This document shows, piece after piece, positions 39,250-48,016 of a stretch of DNA of 64,000 nucleotides. The first letter of the stretch is position 1, and every line of letters starts with the position of its first letter. This DNA is from a candidate division WOR-3 bacterium (GTDB taxonomy: Bacteria; Hydrothermota; Tepidihabitantia; Tepidihabitantales; Tepidihabitantaceae), in the NCBI GenBank assembly GCA_965649295.1, contig CBFGKH010000010.1, positions 18,054 to 82,053 of the forward strand, in the 5' to 3' direction. A program made the translations under genes and the position numbers. Under the pieces are notes generated by a model. That model did no database searches, had not been told where the DNA came from, and saw only the letters and a program-made list of their open reading frames with translations.

Positions 39250-39552
39250 CTGGCCGAACCGGTATTGCAACTCCAAGACGTTGACAGTAGGCTCAAATCG
39301 CGCTGGCTTGCCATCATCGATATCCTCTACCTCACCCAGGTCACCTGGCTCTATCTTCTTGCTGCCATCTACCCGTTTGTCGGTATCCTGTATGGAATCC
39401 TACTGCTGGCTGGTGGAATAGACCCGAAAACCAAGCGCATTGGCCGCGTCTGCTTGATAATTGGCATCATCAATACAGCCTTGGTCATTGCCATCCTAAT
39501 TGTCGTCGTAATCGTTGGTCTAGCCGGTACGCTCGCAGCCGTCAGGAGTTAG
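39250..39552 (+). CDS. Small membrane protein with 2-3 TM helices; start uncertain
   Basis: The track ORF start (39160) lies inside tRNA-Lys. AAGGAG at ~39239 points to CTG 39250; TTG 39265 is an alternative. Confidence 0.55.
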   Translation: MAEPVLQLQDVDSRLKSRWLAIIDILYLTQVTWLYLLAAIYPFVGILYGILLLAGGIDPKTKRIGRVCLIIGIINTALVIAILIVVVIVGLAGTLAAVRS

Positions 39553-39559
39553 TCGAACC

Positions 39560-42466
39560 ATGAATCTCCTGGCGCTGCTCCTGTTACAGACCATCCCCTA
39601 CGTTCGAATACCAGACAAGACAGCACTTCCCAACCTTCCCGATGGACCAGTATGGGTCCACTTCACTGACAAGGGCATATTCAACGAACAGAGCCTGAAC
39701 GCCGCACTCGCGGCTCATAGCCGAACAGTTTCTCCGCTGACATCGGCACGCCGACTGCTGACCGCTCACGCCCAAGCTGACTTCGCCGATCTGCCGATTC
39801 GCGATGCCTACATCCGCGCGATAGAACAACTCGGCGGACGGCTCCGTCACAAGTCAAACTGGCTCAATGCAGCAAGCTTCGACATTCCCGCCAGCGCTCG
39901 CGCAGCGGTCTATCGTCTGCCATTTGTCTATTCCATTGAACCGGTCATGGCCGGCACAACCAGCGAGCCTACCCCTGTTCCCCTTGACAAGGACTCGCTA
40001 ATCGCGACTTACCGACTTGATACTTCCGCGGCTCGTCGCTTCTACGGGCCCTCCTATGATCAAGCACAGTTGATGGGTGTGCCCGCAATCTTCTTCCGTG
40101 GTCACTTCGGAGCCGGCGTCCGGCTTGCCATTTTCGACACCGGCCTCAGGCTAACACACCAGGCCGTCTCCAGAATGCGCATCTGGAAGCAATACGACTT
40201 CTTGTCCGGCGACAATGCATTCGTCTGCCACTCCGCAGACGGCTGGTCGCCACTACCAGTTGCCAATATTGCCGGCTTCGGTCTTGTCCATAGCCCAGTA
40301 CTTTTGGCCCATCCGCGCGCCGCTGGCAGCGACACGACCGTCCTAACCTTGCTGTTCGTGGCTGACAGTTTTGACTACACTCGTGGCCAGCCTGCTCGCG
40401 CCATCTTCGTATCACTGAGCTACGACCGCGGCTATTCTTGGACTAATCCCCAGCCAATACTGAGAACTGCACGCCCTTGGGACGTCACCTACCAGGACCT
40501 CTTCGGTTGCCATAATCGTAACGTTGGCTATCTCGCCTATGTCGAGCTCACCGCCAACCCATCCGGCCCAGCGACAACGACTATCAACCTCGGACTGCTC
40601 GTCAACGGCCTCTGGCAGCACTCACCAGGCTACGTTGCTGCTGGCCGCAACCCCGCCCTCGCTGTCCAACGCGACACGCTCTACTTGACTTACGTGAAGC
40701 AGGACTCGATGGTAGCCCTACGACGCTACAACGTGGCAGGCACCCAGCCATCGTGGCTTGTCCCCGAGGTCACACTCAACGCTGGTGAACCGTTGACCAG
40801 CATCAGTGTTATTGCTGCAGCCGGCCGGCTTGATGCTCTTGCCCGCGGCCGTACTACTGGCCGACTCCTTCACTGGCGTTCAGAGGACGGCGGGCAGACA
40901 TTTGGCGTCGCCAGTGTTCTCCTCGATTCTGCTGTTCAAGAGTTCGCTACCTTGGTAACGGGCGACACCTACTTCATCTGCTACACCGCATCCGCTGGCC
41001 TGCCGTTTACTCGTCTTGCCTGCCTGCGTTCGACTGACGGCGGTCAAAGCTGGACTCACGCAACTCCGATTGTTGACAGTGTGCTAACGATTGGCAGCTT
41101 CTCGACTCACTTCCAATCTGGCACTGTCACTGTCTTCTGTGAGATTGCCGGCCATATCTATCGCGTCTCTTCCTCCGACCTCGGGATATCATGGACAACC
41201 AGTGCATCTCTTGACAGCTCCGGATTCTGCTATCTACCGGCGTCAGCCAGCACTGCTGACTTCGCCATTGCCACTTGGTTCAAGCGCGGCGATGGCAACG
41301 CAGTGTGGGAAGACTCTGACAACCTGCGTTTCAGTTGGGAACAGCCCCATCACGGTACCAGAATGGCTTCAATCATCGCTGGCTATGATCCACACGGCAT
41401 CATCGGGATTGCTCCCGGTGTCGATCTCTTGATTGCCAAGACCGAACTCTACAAAACGCGCTCCGGTCACTACTACGAATACAATATGGAAGAAGACACC
41501 TACGTCGAGGCACTCGAATGGGCCGAAGCTTGTGGCGCCGATATTGTCTCGACATCGCTCGGCTATCACGGCTGGTACGGAGACGAGCAGCTCGACGGCC
41601 GCACAGCGCCAGTCTCGATCGCCGCCGAGATGGCGGCCCGCCGCGGCCTGATTATCGTTGCCGCCATGGGCAACCGCGACACGACCCTATACCGTTGGCC
41701 ACGTCCTTTCATAACAGCACCCGGTGATGCCGAGCACGTGATCACTGCTGGTGGAATTCAGAACAACGGCGCCATGTGGCGGCTGACCGGCTCAGGGCCC
41801 ACTGCTGACGGCCGCATCAAACCTGATCTGGTAGCGCTGAGTGATGTCGTAACCGTTGCCGCCCCGGACTCAGTCTCTGCGCTCGAAGGCAGCTCGGGTA
41901 CTTCCTGCGCCACCGCCCTGATTGCCGGCGTCTGTGCACTCGTCAAAGAAATCCGTCCCGACTGGAATTCAGATTCAATCCGCGCCGCCCTCTTTGCTAC
42001 TGCCACTCGTTCGGTCAAGAGCTGCACTTTCGGGTTTGGTGTACCTCGGGTAGATTCAATCTACAAACTCTATCCGCCAGGGCCGGACAATCCTGACGTA
42101 ACCAGTGACCGTATCAGCCTTGTTTATCCCAATCCGTTCGTTATCGGACAACACTCCCGAGTCTATTTTGCCCTCGATCTGACCCAGCCGGCACCGCTGC
42201 CTGCCGGTTCGGCTGCCGCCTCGCCTGCCAGCATCTCGATATACTCGGCTTCCGGGGCATTGATAAAGGAATTACCGCTGAACACCGTGCCGCTAGGACG
42301 CCCTGGCCATTATGGTACCAACGGCGACACGGAAATGCTTGAAACGATCGGCGCCTTCTGGGACGGACAGAATACTGCTCGCCGGCCGGTGGCCGCTGGC
42401 ATCTATGTTGCAGTGCTACACACGACTTTCGGCCGCAGCGTTACTAGATTTGCCGTTGTGCGCTAG
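39560..42466 (+). CDS. Secreted S8 subtilisin-like peptidase with an Asp-box insertion and a FlgD/T9SS-like C-terminal domain
   Basis: Triad motifs AIFDTG, HHGTRMAS, SGTSCAT; KPDLVA; C-terminal VYPNPF...IYSASG...WDGQN...GIYV. Confidence 0.88.
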   Translation: MNLLALLLLQTIPYVRIPDKTALPNLPDGPVWVHFTDKGIFNEQSLNAALAAHSRTVSPLTSARRLLTAHAQADFADLPIRDAYIRAIEQLGGRLRHKSNWLNAASFDIPASARAAVYRLPFVYSIEPVMAGTTSEPTPVPLDKDSLIATYRLDTSAARRFYGPSYDQAQLMGVPAIFFRGHFGAGVRLAIFDTGLRLTHQAVSRMRIWKQYDFLSGDNAFVCHSADGWSPLPVANIAGFGLVHSPVLLAHPRAAGSDTTVLTLLFVADSFDYTRGQPARAIFVSLSYDRGYSWTNPQPILRTARPWDVTYQDLFGCHNRNVGYLAYVELTANPSGPATTTINLGLLVNGLWQHSPGYVAAGRNPALAVQRDTLYLTYVKQDSMVALRRYNVAGTQPSWLVPEVTLNAGEPLTSISVIAAAGRLDALARGRTTGRLLHWRSEDGGQTFGVASVLLDSAVQEFATLVTGDTYFICYTASAGLPFTRLACLRSTDGGQSWTHATPIVDSVLTIGSFSTHFQSGTVTVFCEIAGHIYRVSSSDLGISWTTSASLDSSGFCYLPASASTADFAIATWFKRGDGNAVWEDSDNLRFSWEQPHHGTRMASIIAGYDPHGIIGIAPGVDLLIAKTELYKTRSGHYYEYNMEEDTYVEALEWAEACGADIVSTSLGYHGWYGDEQLDGRTAPVSIAAEMAARRGLIIVAAMGNRDTTLYRWPRPFITAPGDAEHVITAGGIQNNGAMWRLTGSGPTADGRIKPDLVALSDVVTVAAPDSVSALEGSSGTSCATALIAGVCALVKEIRPDWNSDSIRAALFATATRSVKSCTFGFGVPRVDSIYKLYPPGPDNPDVTSDRISLVYPNPFVIGQHSRVYFALDLTQPAPLPAGSAAASPASISIYSASGALIKELPLNTVPLGRPGHYGTNGDTEMLETIGAFWDGQNTARRPVAAGIYVAVLHTTFGRSVTRFAVVR

Positions 42467-42508
42467 CTTGACTGCAGCCTCGTCGCTCGATAACATCACT
42501 CAGTTTAT

Positions 42509-42581
42509 TCCAGCGTAGCTCAACCGGTAGAGCATCCGGCTGTTAACCGGAGGGTCACAGGTTCGAGTCCTGTCGCTGGAG
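42509..42581 (+). tRNA. tRNA-Asn(GUU)
   Basis: TCCAGCG/CGCTGGA acceptor stem, anticodon loop CTGTTAA, GTTCGAG T-loop. Confidence 0.97.
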
Positions 42582-42583
42582 CT

Positions 42584-42613
42584 GCCCGCCGCCATCAGGC
42601 GGCGGGCCTTTTT
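42584..42613 (+). terminator. Rho-independent terminator after tRNA-Asn
   Basis: GCCCGCCGCC-ATCA-GGCGGCGGGC followed by a T-run. Confidence 0.85.
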
Positions 42614-42630
42614 GAGAAGGAAAACAGATG

Positions 42631-42660
42631 TGCCGGGCCGCCACATCTGACGGCCCGGCA
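42631..42660 (-). terminator. Hairpin, probable terminator of the Kelch protein gene
   Basis: TGCCGGGCCG...CGGCCCGGCA inverted repeat, followed by a T-rich tract on the minus strand. Confidence 0.55.
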
Positions 42661-42680
42661 GCACTCCAGCTCAGAACTGG

Positions 42681-45035
42681 CTAATCGAGCAGTACCGTCT
42701 TGCTACCAACCGAAATACCATCAGCAATCAACTGAACGAAGTAGGTGCCTGCTGCAAGTCGTTGCCCAGAGTTGCTGGTACGGTCCCAGACTAGGCCTCT
42801 TAACCCTGCCCCCTGAACCCCGACATCAAGAGAACGGACAAGCTTGCCAGTCGCGTCATATACCTGCAGTGAGACTCTGGCACAGGTAGCCAGGTAATAA
42901 CTAATGCTAGCCTGACCGCGAACTGGATTCGATATCCGGAATAGCTGGGGCAGTCGGGACACTTCGTGTCTCTCAGCCACGGCAACTTCGGGATTGAAAA
43001 TCATGGTCCCGTAGTACCGGGGATTGGCCCAATTCGTCATCATCAGGCTTTGCGGCCACCAGCCAAGATAGTTTGAACCAGCAGCCGCAGTATATTGGAA
43101 GTAGCCAACAGTATCGCCAGGCCGAACTGAGTAATCACTCTTTCGGTCACCGAAAGGCACCTTGGCTTCCATCTGCAAACGTCCACTAGCAACTGAAATG
43201 GCCGACACCGCGTCAAGACCCGGCCCCATCCGCCAGATACTAGGCACAGTGTCGAGGATGGCTCGATAAAGGGCACTATCACCGCCAACGTACTCCATCC
43301 AGTAGTTACCTTCACTCGAATCGCTCGCCCAGGAACGGCTATGGTTTTCGTCCATGTATGGCCCAAATTGGTCATAGTTCGAACGCACCGTTATACCCGG
43401 ACAGTCCATTGCGTAGTACATGAATGCGTCGTCGTATAAGAAGTAAGCAATACTCGAGTTCGGCGGCTTGGGAGTACCCGACCGGCCAGCGATGTCGGAG
43501 ATGTCATACACCCGCGAACGCGACCACTCGCCCGGCGCTATCATACCATCAATCACCGGTGCGTCCAACGCCGGTATCCGAGTGACAACAATTGTCTCGC
43601 TGAAAACTGCGGCCGAAACCAACGTGGCGGCCCGGACAGTGTCATTGCGCCGGTTCTCGTCACCGGCGAGCGAAGTAAACATCGTCACCGCGTAGTTGTT
43701 ACCAGCCGGCCCCGGCGTCCAGTCGGGCGTGAACTCAACATTGACAGTGCTCCCCGGCGCCAACGGCCCAGGATAAGTCACAGTCTGCTCATAAACCCGA
43801 GCACCCATCGAATCAATCCAGCAGCTCACAGGAATGTCTGTCTGAGCATTCGTACCAAAATTCTTCACCTGTGCCGTCGGTCTCAGCGGAACGCCGGGTG
43901 GAACGATTGCCGCTGGCAATACCACCGCTTGCACTCCGACATCATTTGTCGTACCAAGTTCGATGGTGCCACGCTCAACCGACTGAAGAAATGCCGAACC
44001 AGTATAGCCGCAGACTGCGTATAGAGTATTGCCATAGATTGCACCGCCGTGCGAACGGCGAGCCGCCAGTAGTGAATTACATTGAGTCCACGTGCCAGAT
44101 GCCACGCTGTAGACCCAAGTAGCACCAGTGACTGCGCCGGTAGAATTGTAGCCACCAAAGACGTATATGAGCCAGCCCTCAACCGGGTCATCGTATGCCG
44201 CTGCCCGACCCCAGGTTACACCGAATGGCATTGCAGCCCCAACTGTCCAAGTGTTGCCAGAGATTGAATACTTCAGAAAGTTAGTAGTCCCGTTGTAGGG
44301 TGTGCCGGCAACAGCGTGACCGCCTATCAGATAGATCGTATCGCCGGCCACTGCTGCTGCCTGGCTGCGAAGTGCAACCGGCATATTGGGAAGAGCCGTA
44401 AAGGTATTGCTTACTGGGTCATACCGATAGGCCGCGTTCACGACTGTCGTGCCGGCCGTGGCACCTCCGAAGACATAGGCCTGGCCACCGGCCGCGGCCA
44501 TCGCGAAGTAGTTCCAGCTTGACAGCGGCATGGCAGCGGCCTGGGTCCAGGTGTTGGCGACCAAGTCCAGCTCAGTCATGTAGTTGTAATACTGAGCACT
44601 CGAGTCGTATCCACCGCCAACGCAAATCAACTCATCAGAAACAGCCGCTGCATCACTATTCGACACACCGCCGACAGGGTGACGCAATCCTGTACTCCAG
44701 GTGTTCGTTGCAAAATCAAAGATCAACTGCCTTGCTCGCCCGCCGCCGCTGACTTCGCCCGTAACGATATGGAGCTTGTTACTGGCCACAACGGCTGCGA
44801 GGCGGGATATTCCCTGAGGACAGGGAACACCGTTCGTCCACGTAACATTGCCAGGATCGATCCCAACCGACTTGTCAACTGGCGCATTCTCAGCAACCAG
44901 GTCAGTGTGGGGGTTCACGGCCGGACAGAGCTCTCCGGCAGTCCCAGCCATCGGTAGGTCCGCCACACTTGCCGCTGCACTGACACTAGCTACAAAGCTC
45001 AGCGTCAACGCAGCAATTACTACGACTCTTGCCAT
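42681..45035 (-). CDS. Secreted Kelch-propeller / CARDB-like / sugar-binding-like protein with a FlgD/T9SS-like C-terminal domain
   Basis: Signal peptide; about 6 Kelch repeats (YVFGG...Y...W); DVGV...VKNFG...DENRRND; PVIDG...EW; VYDATGKLV...WD...GTYF. Strong RBS. Confidence 0.8.
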   Translation of the reverse strand: MARVVVIAALTLSFVASVSAAASVADLPMAGTAGELCPAVNPHTDLVAENAPVDKSVGIDPGNVTWTNGVPCPQGISRLAAVVASNKLHIVTGEVSGGGRARQLIFDFATNTWSTGLRHPVGGVSNSDAAAVSDELICVGGGYDSSAQYYNYMTELDLVANTWTQAAAMPLSSWNYFAMAAAGGQAYVFGGATAGTTVVNAAYRYDPVSNTFTALPNMPVALRSQAAAVAGDTIYLIGGHAVAGTPYNGTTNFLKYSISGNTWTVGAAMPFGVTWGRAAAYDDPVEGWLIYVFGGYNSTGAVTGATWVYSVASGTWTQCNSLLAARRSHGGAIYGNTLYAVCGYTGSAFLQSVERGTIELGTTNDVGVQAVVLPAAIVPPGVPLRPTAQVKNFGTNAQTDIPVSCWIDSMGARVYEQTVTYPGPLAPGSTVNVEFTPDWTPGPAGNNYAVTMFTSLAGDENRRNDTVRAATLVSAAVFSETIVVTRIPALDAPVIDGMIAPGEWSRSRVYDISDIAGRSGTPKPPNSSIAYFLYDDAFMYYAMDCPGITVRSNYDQFGPYMDENHSRSWASDSSEGNYWMEYVGGDSALYRAILDTVPSIWRMGPGLDAVSAISVASGRLQMEAKVPFGDRKSDYSVRPGDTVGYFQYTAAAGSNYLGWWPQSLMMTNWANPRYYGTMIFNPEVAVAERHEVSRLPQLFRISNPVRGQASISYYLATCARVSLQVYDATGKLVRSLDVGVQGAGLRGLVWDRTSNSGQRLAAGTYFVQLIADGISVGSKTVLLD

Positions 45036-45248
45036 TCCTCCTCCTTAGGAGTCTGACCTCGATTAGAACTACATCGGCGATTCGCCGCCTAGGCCCGGCT
45101 CGCCCTGCCGTCTGGGGCAGCCCGGCGTCAGAACACCCAGACGACCCAAATGACGCTGTCAGTGTAGAGCCCGCTGCCAGTGTGTCAACAGTTGTGCATG
45201 CCTGAGTCGGTGTTGACTGCCAACAGCAACAACCTAGTATGTCAGCGC

Positions 45249-45950
45249 ATGCGGATTCTTGGATTTCTCGAAACATCGCTACTTGACTGGGACGGGCGAA
45301 TAACGTCGGTCATTTTCGTTGGCGGCTGCAATTTCGTCTGTCCGTTCTGTCATAACCACGAGATTGCCAACGACGCGCCGACTATGGAATCGGTGGAATG
45401 GCCCGCTATTCAGGTAGCGCTCCTCGGCAAGGACAAATGGCTCGATGGCGTCGTTATCACTGGTGGCGAGCCGATGATTCATCCTGAGGTCTCCCGACTC
45501 TGTGCCGACATCAAACAACTGGGCAAACCAGTCAAGCTCGACACCAATGGTTCGTTTCCTTTTCGACTCAAACGGCTCATTGATAGACACCTAGTTGACT
45601 TTGTAGCAATGGACATCAAAGCGCCGCTCAGCGATGAACGCTACTCAACTGCCGCTGGTCGTCCCGTTGACGTCGCTCCACTACTACGTACCATCAGACT
45701 ATTGCGGGAGACCGGCATCGAACATGAGTTTAGGATCACGCTTGTCCGCGACCTGATTCGTCCTGACGACATACCGATGATTGGCGAATCGCTACGTGGT
45801 GCTCGAACGGTAGTGCTTCAACGCTACGAACCCGCCCGCGCTCGGATACGTGGCTTCAGCGCCACCTACTCGCGCGCTGAAGCCGAGGCTATGGCTGAGG
45901 CGCTCAGACCATTTGTCAGCACCGTGACGTTACGCGGCAACTGGGTCTGA
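45249..45950 (+). CDS. nrdG: Anaerobic ribonucleotide reductase activase-type radical SAM protein (NrdG2-like)
   Basis: GCNFVCPFCHN, GVVITGGEP, KLDTNGS, AMDIKAP. Start ATG 45249 after TTGACT-16-TAGTAT. Confidence 0.8.
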   Translation: MRILGFLETSLLDWDGRITSVIFVGGCNFVCPFCHNHEIANDAPTMESVEWPAIQVALLGKDKWLDGVVITGGEPMIHPEVSRLCADIKQLGKPVKLDTNGSFPFRLKRLIDRHLVDFVAMDIKAPLSDERYSTAAGRPVDVAPLLRTIRLLRETGIEHEFRITLVRDLIRPDDIPMIGESLRGARTVVLQRYEPARARIRGFSATYSRAEAEAMAEALRPFVSTVTLRGNWV

Positions 45951-46588
45951 AACCGTAGTCCAAACACAGTCTCAAAACCAGCAACGATCGCATCCCGCGC
46001 TTCTGCTTCATCGACGTATCCGCGCTCAGCGCGCACCGAGGTCATCTGTACGCCAGCGATACCACAAGGGTTGATAAGTCGGAAAGCGCCGAGGTCGGTG
46101 GCAATATTCAGAGCAAAACCATGAAATGTGACGCGCCGGTTGACAGCAATACCAATGGAAGCAATTTTGCGGTCGCTCACCCAGACGCCGATGTAGCCAG
46201 GATTCACCCGTGCCTTCACTCCCAGCTCCTGCAGGGCATGGATGATGGCCTCCTCAACACCAGCGACGAATCTTCTCACGCTCACCAATTCTGATTCAAG
46301 CCGGAAGATTGGATAGCCAACAAGCTGCCCCGGACCGTGATAGGTAACATCGCCACCCCGCTCAACCCGCCGCACGACTATCCCGCGGCGTCGTAGATCA
46401 GGTTCCGAGACAAGAATGTTCTGCATTTTAGCCGAACGCCCAAGCGTGAGGACTGGGGGATGCTCAAGCAGGATTAGGGTGTCGGGCACTTCGTCCTGTT
46501 GCCTTAGCCCGACAACGGCGCGCTGCAGTACGAGTGCCCGATCGTATTCAACCTGCCCTAGACTGATTAGCAGTGCGGACCTTTGCAC
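45866..46588 (-). CDS. lipB: Lipoyl(octanoyl) transferase
   Basis: LEHPPVLTLG, RGGDVTYHGPGQLVGYPI, KIASIG, HGFALN, INPCG. Confidence 0.95.
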   Translation of the reverse strand: MQRSALLISLGQVEYDRALVLQRAVVGLRQQDEVPDTLILLEHPPVLTLGRSAKMQNILVSEPDLRRRGIVVRRVERGGDVTYHGPGQLVGYPIFRLESELVSVRRFVAGVEEAIIHALQELGVKARVNPGYIGVWVSDRKIASIGIAVNRRVTFHGFALNIATDLGAFRLINPCGIAGVQMTSVRAERGYVDEAEARDAIVAGFETVFGLRFQTQLPRNVTVLTNGLSASAIASASARE

Positions 46589-46611
46589 TTTTCGGCCGTA
46601 GCTAGAGACTA

Positions 46612-48012
46612 TCAGCGATTAACGATATGAACAGCCCGGCCGTGAATCGCCTCGGCCGCCTCGAAAAGTAGCTCACTCATGGTCGGGTGGGCGTGAACAA
46701 CCCGACCCAGTTGCCTGGCGGTCAAGCCAAGTTCAACCGCCAATGTGGCCTCAGCGATGAGCACGTCCGCCTGCGGTGCCAGCAAGCTCACACCAAGAAT
46801 CCTATCAGTCGCAGCATCAACCACCATCTTACACAGCCCATCGCTCCGTCCCAAAGTGAGCGAACGCCCAACGGCACTGAGCGGCACCCGACTGACCCGC
46901 ACCTCGCGACCAGCAGCCTGCGCCTCAGCCTCACTCAGGCCAACCGCTGCCGCCTCCGGGTCCGAATAGACACAAACTGGAACCGCGGTGAACTTTGCCG
47001 GCCGGCCGCCAGCAAGCAGTTCAGCCAGGGCCAGCCCTTCAGCCATGGCCCGGTGAGCGAGCTGCGGCCCGGGTTTCACGTCACCGATGGCATAGATGTG
47101 ACGCACGCTGGTCCGGAAACGGCTGTCAACGCGGATGGCCCCACGCTCATCTAGTTCTACGCCAACGCGCTCCAGGCCAAGCCCATCGGTCAATGGCCGC
47201 CGGCCGACTGCCACCAATACGAGGTCACTGCTGAGCAGATGTTCGCCGCCGCTATCAGCGTAGCGCACTGTGAGACTATCTGCCCGATCAACTGCCAATA
47301 CGCGCGCCGCCAGCACAAACTCAATGCCCTCACTCCTCATCGCTCGTTCGACACCGCCGGCAATGTCAACGTCCATTCCAGGCAGAATCTGATTCGCCAG
47401 CTCCAGCATCGTCACCTTAGCACCCAACCGACCGAAAGCAGTTGCAAACTCAACACCCACAACACCAGCGCCGATGACCACGAGTCGCTTGGGCACAGCT
47501 GTCAGCCGAAACATCCCGTTCGAATCAACAACCGCCTGCCCATCAGGTTCCAAACCGGGTAGCATTACTGGTTTTGAGCCAGTGGCAATCACCACGTCCC
47601 GAGCGACGAGCTGCTCTTGGGTCCCGTCGGCCAGCGCCACCCTAACGCTGCCGTCATCAACCAGGTGACCGCTGCCGCGGATGAGCTCAACACCGTTTGT
47701 TCGAAACAGAAACTCAATACCGCGCACCAGCCGGTCAACGATGCGGTTCTTCCAGCTCATCAGGGCCTGCAGATCAACTGCGGGCGACTCGAAACTGATT
47801 CCCATTCGCCTTGCTTCGGCAGCACCACGCACAATGCTGGCAGCGTGCAACAATGATTTGGCCGGAATGCAACCCCAGTTAAGACAAACACCGCCAACTC
47901 GTTCCCGTTCGACTACGGCCACCTTTTTGCCAAGCTGGGCGAGCCGAATCGCAGCGACGTAACCGCCAGGCCCGCCGCCAATAATGACTACATCAGACTG
48001 TCGCGCTGCCAT
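46612..48012 (-). CDS. lpdA: Dihydrolipoamide dehydrogenase
   Basis: GGGPGGYVAAI, GGVCLNWGCIP, HAHPTMSE. Confidence 0.95.
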   Translation of the reverse strand: MAARQSDVVIIGGGPGGYVAAIRLAQLGKKVAVVERERVGGVCLNWGCIPAKSLLHAASIVRGAAEARRMGISFESPAVDLQALMSWKNRIVDRLVRGIEFLFRTNGVELIRGSGHLVDDGSVRVALADGTQEQLVARDVVIATGSKPVMLPGLEPDGQAVVDSNGMFRLTAVPKRLVVIGAGVVGVEFATAFGRLGAKVTMLELANQILPGMDVDIAGGVERAMRSEGIEFVLAARVLAVDRADSLTVRYADSGGEHLLSSDLVLVAVGRRPLTDGLGLERVGVELDERGAIRVDSRFRTSVRHIYAIGDVKPGPQLAHRAMAEGLALAELLAGGRPAKFTAVPVCVYSDPEAAAVGLSEAEAQAAGREVRVSRVPLSAVGRSLTLGRSDGLCKMVVDAATDRILGVSLLAPQADVLIAEATLAVELGLTARQLGRVVHAHPTMSELLFEAAEAIHGRAVHIVNR

Positions 48013-48016
48013 CTGG

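Noticed and set aside
38867-42581. Genomic island integrated at the tRNA genes
   Set aside because: No integrase and no duplicated tRNA 3' end (att) was seen; the flanking genes look native.
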